Source of the DNA: Oligoflexales bacterium
GTDB taxonomy: Bacteria; Bdellovibrionota_B; Oligoflexia; Oligoflexales; Bog-1112
Assembly (NCBI GenBank): GCA_045105515.1
Contig: JBGCDR010000258.1
Span: 1 to 14,258 of the forward strand
DNA: 14,258 nt
Reading direction: 5' to 3'
The notes under the pieces were generated by a model that saw nothing but the letters and a program-made list of their open reading frames with translations, was not told where the DNA came from and did no database searches. Shown here piece by piece: positions 1 to 8,058 of the stretch. Position 1 is the first letter of the stretch, and every line of letters begins with the position of its first letter. A program made the position numbers and the translations under genes.

Positions 1-111
1 TTAAGATTTTTCTCTTATTAGCTCTTAAACACATCTTAGGAAGGGGAATTTTGATGAAAATATTTTTTTCAAGCACAAATTTGTTTTGAATTCTGGACGG
101 CAAGATTATTT

Positions 112-954
112 TTGCATTTTCTTATTGAATTCAAGTTTCAAATTGAAACCAGTTTTACCCAAGAGCATACACATAGCACTCAGGAAAACGAGTTTACTGA
201 TAATAAGATAGTGCTTGTCGTTGAAGATAATTACATAAATCAAATTGTAATTAAAAATCATCTTCAGAATTTAGGATTTGTTGTAGATTTAGCTGAAAAT
301 GGGCTTGAAGCGCTAAAAATTTTGGAGGAGGTTAAATACAAGCTTGTATTTATGGACTGCAGCATGCCTGAAATGGATGGATACCTATGTACTCAAAAAA
401 TCAAAAAAAAATATGGTAACTCTGCACCACCCATCATAGCTGTAACGGCAAATTCAACGCTAGAAAACAAAAAAAAATGTGCCGAATCTGGAATGGATGA
501 TTTCATTACAAAACCTTATACAAAAGACGACATTCTTAGAGCGATTAGAAAAAATATTTACCACACAAGTGCGAAGATTAATGAAGCAATTCCAAGTTTT
601 TGCCGTCACAGACTCCTAGAAGAGTATTACGGGCAAAATAAGTATATGTGTGAAATATTATCCTACATGCTAGATTTTGTTCCAAAGTCACTTACGAGTA
701 TTGAAATCAACATCAAGGATGACGAACTCCACTTTGTCTACTCCCAAACTTTGGAGCTTAAAGGTGTCTTAAGCAGTATTTATGCCACAGAATCCATAAA
801 GATTGTTAACAGATTTTTAGAATATGTGAACAGTAAAGACCTACAGAGATACTCAGCATTCAAAGAACTTAAGGAAAAATTGACCACTCTGCAACATGAA
901 GCTAGAGAGTTTCTTGATAAAACCACAACTCGAATGACGCCAGATATCCTTTAA
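112..954 (+). CDS. Response-regulator receiver domain plus degenerate HPt-like C-terminal domain; probably a 5'-truncated hybrid histidine kinase remnant
   Basis: Receiver motifs VLVVEDN, AENGLEAL, LVFMD82CSMPEMDG, IIAVTAN and GMDDFITKP match the subtype found at the C-terminus of hybrid kinases. The helical tail has QTLELKG, resembling the HPt HxLKG motif without the His. The start is TTG with no clear SD, and an in-frame TGA lies at 55-57, so the start is uncertain. Confidence 0.8.
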   Translation: MHFLIEFKFQIETSFTQEHTHSTQENEFTDNKIVLVVEDNYINQIVIKNHLQNLGFVVDLAENGLEALKILEEVKYKLVFMDCSMPEMDGYLCTQKIKKKYGNSAPPIIAVTANSTLENKKKCAESGMDDFITKPYTKDDILRAIRKNIYHTSAKINEAIPSFCRHRLLEEYYGQNKYMCEILSYMLDFVPKSLTSIEINIKDDELHFVYSQTLELKGVLSSIYATESIKIVNRFLEYVNSKDLQRYSAFKELKEKLTTLQHEAREFLDKTTTRMTPDIL

Positions 955-1034
955 ATCAGAAGCTAACATTCCACCTCAATATGTACTCTATATCTAATAA
1001 TTTGACAAATGCAGCAAAATGGATTCAGGTACCT

Positions 1035-2087
1035 TTAATTTGGACCGTAGAAATCGATGGATTCCCTTTTTTCCGTTGCTAAGCTTCGGTTGCGATAAAT
1101 AAAAAAAAGTAAGAAAAATAAGAATGATCCTGTTTGAATACCCAAGCTGCGTAAGTCAGGATTACTATTGCTTGTGGAAATAGCAAGAATTGTAGTGGGT
1201 AGTGCAAATATCAGTGGTAATATACGGGTAAATGAACTGAGGAATGACCAAGATTTAAAATTTCCCTGGAAAGGAATAAAGAACAAGCAAAAAGCGAACC
1301 ACATAAAGCCAAGCCCATAGACTCTAAAAATATATGAATAAAACTTATTTTTGCGAACAAAATGGTTCGCAACTTCTCTTAGAGTTTTTTTGCCTGGGAC
1401 GATTAAAAATTTATTGTCCCACTTTTTAAGCAGTGGAATTGGGATTAATCGACCCTTTCGTTGCTTGGCTACGATGGTGAATGTCTGTCTTGGAATGTAC
1501 TGGTAAGAGATTTTTTTTTCATTCCCAATATCCGCGCCTACCAAGATTTTGTTTCCGATTATGGGAAGCCTACGGTTTTTTAAGAGTTCCCGTGATAGAG
1601 TTAGATTTTCCTTTAGATAGGTTTTTACTAAGGTATTGTAGACTTCTTTTCCTCTAAAAGAACCAAAGAGGAGTTTTTTGTGAGCAAGGGTATAGCTTTT
1701 GATTACACTTTTATTTTTATTTCTAAGCCTAGCTCTTCCTAATAGCTTCCTTTCTTCATTGCGGACTAGGAAGAGATACTTTTTACGAGCAAGATAAGGA
1801 TCATTGAGATTTTCGACCAGTTTAAATTTTGCGCTAATGAGGAGGTTAAACCCCTCTTGACTTTTTTTAGGTTGACTTTTTCCTGCCATAACATCATTTC
1901 TCAACACTTTGCTGAGCTGGTGAAAATTACCATAGTTTTTTTCTGACCACCAAATAAAGCAGATGATAATAATTCCCAAAGTAATCCCACTACCGGAAAG
2001 AAGTAGGTATTGATCATCGCTCGGAATAGCATTTTTTTTCTGCCTTGGAGGTTGCATACGCGGATCTTGTCTTCTCCTAGAAGCCAT
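1035..2087 (-). CDS. TMEM43/DUF1625-like membrane protein
   Basis: One N-terminal TM segment (GITLGIIIICFIWW), a large soluble domain and about three C-terminal TM segments. The segment DIGNEKKISYQYIPRQTFTIVAKQ...IVPGKKT...NKFYSYIFRVYGLGFMWFAF resembles the TMEM43 pattern as I recall it. AGGA SD upstream of ATG 2087. Confidence 0.6.
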   Translation of the reverse strand: MASRRRQDPRMQPPRQKKNAIPSDDQYLLLSGSGITLGIIIICFIWWSEKNYGNFHQLSKVLRNDVMAGKSQPKKSQEGFNLLISAKFKLVENLNDPYLARKKYLFLVRNEERKLLGRARLRNKNKSVIKSYTLAHKKLLFGSFRGKEVYNTLVKTYLKENLTLSRELLKNRRLPIIGNKILVGADIGNEKKISYQYIPRQTFTIVAKQRKGRLIPIPLLKKWDNKFLIVPGKKTLREVANHFVRKNKFYSYIFRVYGLGFMWFAFCLFFIPFQGNFKSWSFLSSFTRILPLIFALPTTILAISTSNSNPDLRSLGIQTGSFLFFLLFFIYRNRSLATEKRESIDFYGPN

Positions 2088-2264
2088 ATATGTTCCTATA
2101 ATGATTTGTCATAGCACCTCTTATGACCAATAAAATCCACCTTTCTTTTAAAAATTTTAGATGATATATAGTCTTTGCTCAAGAAGATGGTGTGTTTGTA
2201 ATAAATAAAATATTAAATTAAAAAATAATATATTTTCTGATTAATTTGTAATAATGGAAATAAG

Positions 2265-3926
2265 ATGAGTAAGGTTTTAACATTGCTTGCTTTGCTTTTG
2301 TTCTTAGGTGTGGACACCCAGGTATTTTCTGCAGCAGCTGCTGATCACTATGAATGGCGGGAGAAAAAATTTACTTTAGTACTTGAACAACTTCAAAGAA
2401 GTCTTAGAGAAAGTCTTCCTGAGCTTGAATCGATGATTGATCTGTCGCAAAGACCTGGTCTAAGTGCTCCAGATCTTCACTCCAATTCTGAACTTTGCCA
2501 AACGCACTTTAATGAGGCTCTGCTGTATTTATTTCGTTTAAGCACTTATCAAATGAGTAAGGAAAAGACCTATACCATGTTTATCGAGCAACTAAGGGCT
2601 GCTCTTAATACCCGATATTACCAAACTCATCAGTTTGAAGGACTTGATATTCCACTAGTGGATATGATTCAAACCGTTTCTATGCAATTGTATCAAGGGA
2701 TAAATATTCAACCTTATCTAAATAAACTCTGGCAGACTATTGCAGTTCACGGAGGTTATGAACTAGGGCCTCGAGCCCAGAATAAAAATTTATTCCCTTC
2801 GGATCAAAACTATTCAAGCATTGAACGCTTATACTTCATTAGATCACGGCTGGAAAATCTTCTTTCTATTTATCGAGGAATCAAATCGGGTAAGTCTCTG
2901 CTTAGTGTTACGTTTAGTGAGAGGACCAAGGATATCTTATTCGGAGGAGTTACATGGTTGAGTTTTGATCCAGCATCAATGGGTAATGTTCCCTATGTAA
3001 AGTATCGCTTGAGACGATCTAGTGGCGAGCATGAGCTAACTTATATTCGCATGCCAACCCCTACATTGAATAGCGATAAATCTGCAAGTATCTGCCCGGA
3101 ATTTAAAGCATACTTGGCCTATTTGAAGAACCGAGGGTATAAACATCTTTATCTAAATTTTCAGGACAATATTCGACCTCAACTTGGAAAAATAAAGTCA
3201 GCTCGTCAATTTGTTAAGGCCTTAGGGATTGGAAATGAGTCTTTCAGAGCAGAAGCTGTGGAAATGCTAGCCCAGTCACCTGAATTTAGGGATACTGCAA
3301 TCGTAATTACCTTTTCTAAAGACTCGCGTTTTTATAAACAGAACAGCATACAAGAAAAGGAAATTATGAGTGCGAGAACCTTTATCGAGAGGTATCTGCG
3401 TACTATGTTTGATCTGCGTAATGAAGGCTTTTATGTTCCGCCAAGTTGGAGAACTGCAAATTCATCTGCCAGGCAAGACGTTCGGCAATACTTGCAAAAT
3501 ATTCATCAGTGGTTTTTCAAAAACAAGCCTTTTTTGGATTGGCATGAACGCAGAGACTTTATCGAAATTTCATATTTTTTTATTGGTGATTATGCTAGTC
3601 GCGGTGTTTTCTCTGCTAACCAAACTTGCAAGACAGGAATTGATCGAGCGGGAACTGCTAATACTATGACTTTTCTCATGAGCCTCGTGATGTTCGCTCA
3701 TGGAAAGGCTTTTGAACAAGCTGGGTTTGAGCAGCTGTTAGCTTCATTCGAAGCAATGCTATTTTCAGATGCTATTATGGCTAAAAAAAGGGAGATCAAA
3801 AGATCCCGTTTGCTACGTTTTAGAAGTGCTGCAATGCGTATGCTCGATGAGATGATTGATAATCCAGATCTCCTAGATGATATAGCTCAAGCGATAGGTA
3901 ATACTCAGCCAATTTTAGGTGAATAA
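2265..3926 (+). CDS. Secreted protein with a CX5R phosphatase motif (putative phosphoinositide/PTP-superfamily phosphatase)
   Basis: N-terminal signal peptide (MSKVLTLLALLLFLGVDTQVFSA). C455-K-T-G-I-D-R461-A-G at nt 3627-3647 resembles the CKSGKDRTG P-loop of SopB/IpgD/INPP4-type phosphatases. The 553-aa ORF is intact. Confidence 0.65.
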   Translation: MSKVLTLLALLLFLGVDTQVFSAAAADHYEWREKKFTLVLEQLQRSLRESLPELESMIDLSQRPGLSAPDLHSNSELCQTHFNEALLYLFRLSTYQMSKEKTYTMFIEQLRAALNTRYYQTHQFEGLDIPLVDMIQTVSMQLYQGINIQPYLNKLWQTIAVHGGYELGPRAQNKNLFPSDQNYSSIERLYFIRSRLENLLSIYRGIKSGKSLLSVTFSERTKDILFGGVTWLSFDPASMGNVPYVKYRLRRSSGEHELTYIRMPTPTLNSDKSASICPEFKAYLAYLKNRGYKHLYLNFQDNIRPQLGKIKSARQFVKALGIGNESFRAEAVEMLAQSPEFRDTAIVITFSKDSRFYKQNSIQEKEIMSARTFIERYLRTMFDLRNEGFYVPPSWRTANSSARQDVRQYLQNIHQWFFKNKPFLDWHERRDFIEISYFFIGDYASRGVFSANQTCKTGIDRAGTANTMTFLMSLVMFAHGKAFEQAGFEQLLASFEAMLFSDAIMAKKREIKRSRLLRFRSAAMRMLDEMIDNPDLLDDIAQAIGNTQPILGE

Positions 3927-3934
3927 TTCAGGCT

Positions 3935-3964
3935 AAAAAAAAGCCAGCACCAAGAGGGTGCTGG
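3935..3964 (-). terminator. Rho-independent terminator on the minus strand
   Basis: Perfect 8-bp GC-rich stem CCAGCACC/GGTGCTGG (3944-3951 / 3957-3964) with a 5-nt loop. The A8 run at 3935-3942 reads as U8 after the stem on the minus strand. No U-tract follows the stem on the plus strand. Confidence 0.8.
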
Positions 3965-4255
3965 GAAGGTGAAGTGTTAATGTAATGAACTTTTGTTAAA
4001 TGAATTGGACCGCATACTCAAGCTTTACGCTGTAATGTTTAGAGTCCTGGCCCCATGTCTAGTGACATTGAACAATTCAAGAGCTTGGGATTCGTCAAGG
4101 AAACCCACTGTGAAAACAAAGAATTAAAATAAGATTTACCTCCTTACTCTCACGTTGGCGAACCATGCACAACCAGTTATTCTTAAGAAGTAATCCCTAG
4201 AGACTACCCCAGGTCCGATCACCGAAGATGCCTTGTCATCCGCGATGATAACTAC
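3935..4255 (-). ncRNA. Candidate unannotated transcript of about 320 nt (sRNA, or leader plus eroded gene)
   Basis: Bounded by a sigma28-like promoter (4257-4283) and a minus-strand terminator. Contains several short hairpins, multiple GGA motifs and a perfect SD with no start codon. No long ORF and no RNA family recognised. Confidence 0.35.
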
Positions 4256-4256
4256 C

Positions 4257-4298
4257 CATTCGACTATTTAAAAAGGTCTTTAAATTTTTTTTTTTTTT
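4257..4298 (-). promoter_or_regulatory. Putative sigma28 (FliA)-like promoter with an upstream A14 tract
   Basis: Minus strand reads TTAA-N15-GTCGAATG (4283..4257), compared with the consensus TAAA-N15-GCCGATAA. An A14 run (4298-4285) lies immediately upstream, where an UP element would sit. The match is imperfect. Confidence 0.3.
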
Positions 4299-4433
4299 CA
4301 AAAGAAATTGACGTCTTATACGGAAAATTACTTAGTGGCTAAAGATGACGAATGTCCTACTTTTTTGGTTTTAGCTGTGAGAAATTATAAAGGTCAATAA
4401 ATATTACTATTATTACAAATTGGGGAGAGTTAG

Positions 4434-6146
4434 ATGCGTTTGTTTAGGAAAGGCTTTTATTCATTGCTGCACTTTAAGTGGGCAATAGCCAGCTCATGCT
4501 TTCTAGCTGCTTTGATGGGATCATTCTCCTGTTCTCGGTCCAACTCATCTAGTGCCGCAGGTCTTTTTTGTTCTTTATTCCAACAAAGCTATGATACAAG
4601 TACGCTGACTGTCGGACTAAGCACTGATTTTATCGAAGGAGTAAAAAATCTTCTTCCTGAATCTGAACGTAGCAGCCTATCAGCCATGAATACAAAAACA
4701 AAAGATTTGATCAATAATGCTTTGGGTTCGGTGGGCTTAACTGAGACCTTACAAATAAAGGACATACAATATATTCCTAAAAGCGATTCCGACGATGGGG
4801 TGAGATTTTTAGAACTGGAAGGAGCCTTTGCTTCTGCATTTAGCTTAGGGAGTGCTCTTCTCAAGAAGAGTGAAGTTCTCGCAAAACTCGGAGAGGAAGC
4901 CGGCTTAGGACTCAATAGTTCAAGCTCCTTTGATTTTGTTGAAGATAGTTACAAAGTAGGAAGTAGTGCGCATATTGCTTATGTAGCAGAACCATCTGCA
5001 AAGCAATGGTACTTTACCCAAACAAACCTTGAGCAGGCTAAGTCTATTTTGGACGGATTGGCAAATCAAAAAGAGCAGGTAGTGGTAGCGGTTATAGATA
5101 CAGGTGTGGACTATGATCATGAGGCACTGGCTGATGTCTTGTACAAAGTGTCTGATGCTGTTGGTGGCTATAACTTTGTTGCAAACAATGAAGATGCTAA
5201 TGATGACCAAGGGCATGGAACCCACTGTGCCGGGATTATCGCAGCTAAGAAAGTCGGTGAAAATGGCATGGAAGGAGTGGCAGAAGCTAGTATTCCTGGC
5301 CTTGTGAAAATTATGCCAATAAAGGTCTTAGGATCAGATGGAGGTGGAACCACTGCCGCGATCTATAAGGGCGTGAGGTGGGCAATGAATCAGGGTGCGG
5401 ATGTGATTTCTATGAGTCTTGGTGGAGCTGTAGACTTTTCAGAGCTTAAGAACTGTGAAGGGGTAGAAAGCCAGGTAATCAGAGCAGCAATTGATGCTGG
5501 CATTATAGTGATTGTCGCTGCAGGAAATGAAAATTGTCCCCTAGGAGGCAGTTGCGAGCAGTCTAGCCTCGGTATTTTCACTAATAAAATCTCTGAGTAC
5601 ACTGTTTTACCTTGTTCTTATAATGGGACTATTTGTGTGGGAGCAACCGATCCAGATTTAACAGTGGCCTCCTACAGCAATTTTCCATCAGAGTCCACTA
5701 CTGGAGTGGATCCTGCAACAACAGACAAGAATCACAAACGTACAAGTCCAGATGTAAATGCACCGGGTACGGATATTTATTCTACCTATCATGATGGTTC
5801 TTATAAATTTTTGAGTGGTACTAGCATGGCGACTCCTTATATTGCTGCACTTGCAGCAATCTTCAAAGCTAAGCTTAGCTCAGAAAAGGAAATGCAAGAT
5901 GGTAAGGCACAGAATACCTTTTGGAATTTGGTCCAAGGATCGATGGTATCTGTTTCAGAGGAAAATGGTTCAACTCGCAGTTCTATTGGGCAAGTGGATT
6001 TAGCATATTTTAGTGCAAAACTAAATGATCTAATTGCTGGTACAGAAGCGGCAAGTACTCCAAGTCTATCTGTGGTAGAAAGTCCGAATACAGAATCTGG
6101 GGCTATTGAGGTACCAAACTTACTAGGTTTAGTGTGTGGTGGTTAG
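4434..6146 (+). CDS. Subtilisin-like serine protease (peptidase S8), probable lipoprotein
   Basis: Catalytic triad motifs VAVID222TG, H261GTHCAG and GTS464MATP, with oxyanion AAGN. Lipobox-like SFSC33 followed by a Ser-rich linker. GGGGAGAG SD before the ATG. Confidence 0.95.
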   Translation: MRLFRKGFYSLLHFKWAIASSCFLAALMGSFSCSRSNSSSAAGLFCSLFQQSYDTSTLTVGLSTDFIEGVKNLLPESERSSLSAMNTKTKDLINNALGSVGLTETLQIKDIQYIPKSDSDDGVRFLELEGAFASAFSLGSALLKKSEVLAKLGEEAGLGLNSSSSFDFVEDSYKVGSSAHIAYVAEPSAKQWYFTQTNLEQAKSILDGLANQKEQVVVAVIDTGVDYDHEALADVLYKVSDAVGGYNFVANNEDANDDQGHGTHCAGIIAAKKVGENGMEGVAEASIPGLVKIMPIKVLGSDGGGTTAAIYKGVRWAMNQGADVISMSLGGAVDFSELKNCEGVESQVIRAAIDAGIIVIVAAGNENCPLGGSCEQSSLGIFTNKISEYTVLPCSYNGTICVGATDPDLTVASYSNFPSESTTGVDPATTDKNHKRTSPDVNAPGTDIYSTYHDGSYKFLSGTSMATPYIAALAAIFKAKLSSEKEMQDGKAQNTFWNLVQGSMVSVSEENGSTRSSIGQVDLAYFSAKLNDLIAGTEAASTPSLSVVESPNTESGAIEVPNLLGLVCGG

Positions 6147-6176
6147 AAAGTATTTTTATAGGTGGGGTGAGATATT

Positions 6177-6956
6177 TTAGCTTGGACTACTGCTAGCATC
6201 ATTTAAATTCCAATCGTAGTCCATGTAGTCGATATCTGCTTTTTTCTTGATGGCTTGCTTTGCATTCTTAGGTCCATATTTCTTAAGAACCTTTTTAATA
6301 CCGCCACCCCATTTAACAAAGTCGTCTTCATACCAATCAAATATCTTAGATAGCTCAAGAGTGCCTTTTTTGCTATCGAACTGATTGCGACTAGGGTCTG
6401 CCAGCCAGCGCTTCATTTGTTCGTCTAATTGAGCGTCTAGTTTAGCAGCAGTATAAGCCTCCCCCCTTAAAACTGGGCAAGATATGGATGCACAGTTGAC
6501 CGCTGCATGAATGCGGTAATCTTTAAAGTTTTTGCGGAGAGTGTCATGTTCAATCCCATCAAGGGTTAAAACACTTCCTTCAAGAAGGCTTAGGTAAGGA
6601 AATTTGGTTTTCCAGGTGCTTGTGAATAGTGAACCAATGTCTTTAATGCTTTTTAAGGGGTAGTGTTCGATGATTACCTTTACTGTGTAGGCGTTGTAAG
6701 CATTGATTAAAAAAGTCATTTTCTGTTGTTTGTTCCACTTTTTGTACTCAGACTTTTTTACATTTTTAATGATTTTTAGGTAGCTTTCTAAGGGGCCTTT
6801 ATTTGCTTTAATGTCTTTATAGCTGACAAGGCTTTTAGAAGTTAAATTTTTCTTTAGAATGGCGTCCCACTGTTTGTGCTCATGGTCAAAAGCTAAGCTC
6901 TGTCCGCTATAAAAGAATGCCAACAAGGTGCCCAGTAAAAACGATTTTATGTTCAT
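6177..6956 (-). CDS. Secreted DUF547 domain protein
   Basis: Motifs FLINAYNA, LDGIEH, RIHAAVNCASISCP, LSKIFDWY and YDWNLN are characteristic of DUF547. Start moved to ATG 6956 (MNIKSFLLG..., signal peptide ending SLA-F) because a GAAGGAG SD precedes it; the ORF-track start at 6998 lacks this. Confidence 0.9.
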   Translation of the reverse strand: MNIKSFLLGTLLAFFYSGQSLAFDHEHKQWDAILKKNLTSKSLVSYKDIKANKGPLESYLKIIKNVKKSEYKKWNKQQKMTFLINAYNAYTVKVIIEHYPLKSIKDIGSLFTSTWKTKFPYLSLLEGSVLTLDGIEHDTLRKNFKDYRIHAAVNCASISCPVLRGEAYTAAKLDAQLDEQMKRWLADPSRNQFDSKKGTLELSKIFDWYEDDFVKWGGGIKKVLKKYGPKNAKQAIKKKADIDYMDYDWNLNDASSSPS

Positions 6957-7269
6957 CACGACTCCTTCGGTCTGCGAAATGATAAAATACTTCCCCATGA
7001 TAGTTTAACTCACTAGCAATATGCCGAAACAAAAATTGTTGCAACTCGATAAATTCAGAATGGCTGTAAATCAATTAAACTTAAAAATTCCGCCGAGAGT
7101 ATCATCCTGCCGGTAAATTTAACTCTTAACGAGAAAGCTGTGTCAATGAGGATTTCCATTGAAATCTTCTATATCATTTCTAGTAGTAGATGTCTGTAAA
7201 ATGCTTAGAAAATCTTCACTAGAAGGAAAAAAGCATTCTATTTGTCTCTGATTTAGATAAAACTTAAAT

Positions 7270-7629
7270 CTAATTATCTTTAGAATTTAGGAGTGTTTTC
7301 ACAGACTGCAGAAAGTCATCTATAAGAATTGGCTTTTGGAATATATGGGTAAATTGAGATTTTAGCCTTTCATCAATATTATCATAACTAGTGACAAGGA
7401 TCACTGGACACTGATGTTCGTGTTCTTCGATCAAACACGCAAAAACAAATCCGTCTATTTTAGGCATTCCATAGTCGGTGATAACAAGTTCAGGTTTTTC
7501 TTCTATGAAAATTTCCCAGCCAATTTTAGGGTCCAGGGCCGTGAAAACTTTATTACAAAGGTTTTTGACACATGATTCTACAAGGTTTAAAGTTCCTTGG
7601 TCATCATCAACAACTAAAATTTTCGACAT
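7270..7629 (-). CDS. Single-domain CheY-like response regulator
   Basis: ILVVDDD acidic pocket, phospho-acceptor in ITD52YGMP, VILVTS and the conserved KP. 119 aa, no output domain. GGTG SD-like sequence upstream. Confidence 0.92.
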   Translation of the reverse strand: MSKILVVDDDQGTLNLVESCVKNLCNKVFTALDPKIGWEIFIEEKPELVITDYGMPKIDGFVFACLIEEHEHQCPVILVTSYDNIDERLKSQFTHIFQKPILIDDFLQSVKTLLNSKDN

Positions 7630-8058
7630 TTTTCACCACCACAGAATCTAATATGTTTTATTAGGTCACGAAAAGAAAGGTTATGGAAATTCTAACCATT
7701 TTTCGATTTTTGCAAGTGAATTGGCAGAAGCCATAGATGGTATTGTATCAGAAATTATATATGTTCATCTAATGACTAGGGTCCATAAATTAAATTTTAA
7801 GAGAGGCTATTCCATGCATCCAATTGGTTAAATTTTTTTTCATCATGGATCATTTTTTTGAAAATCCAGCCATTTATTTGTGGCCTAGCTTTTTTAAGTG
7901 CTACCAATGTTTTGAGCAATGACTCGGGTCCAGAGAGTCTTGGGAGGGTTTCACTTTGATTTAGCACCGCTAATCATATATATTCCCTTAGCTAAGCAGC
8001 TGGCGTGTTCTTTAAGTTCCCCGACTAGCGATTATTTACGCGTTCCCAGAGGTTTTTT

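Noticed and set aside
3370..3669. 99-aa alternate-frame ORF
   Set aside because: Lies entirely inside the CX5R gene, with no motifs; a shadow ORF.
4133..4146. GATTTACCTCCTTA as a 16S rRNA 3' end
   Set aside because: No other 16S sequence is present upstream; only the anti-SD nonamer matches.
4196..4240. Glycine riboswitch (GAGAC...CACCGAAGA) or SRP RNA (CAGGTCCG) resemblance
   Set aside because: Lacks the glycine aptamer CTCTCAGG segment and the SRP GGAAGGAAGCAG core; c-di-GMP, fluoride, TPP and cobalamin cores are also not matched.
4589..6003. Six short ORFs (4589, 4920, 5104, 5168, 5390, 5815)
   Set aside because: All are nested in or antisense to the well-supported subtilase and have no recognisable domains.
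6957..6998. ORF-track start of the DUF547 gene at 6998
   Set aside because: A strong SD and a normal signal peptide support ATG 6956.
8001..8016. Sigma54 promoter (TGGCGTG)
   Set aside because: The -12 TTGC is absent (TTAA instead).
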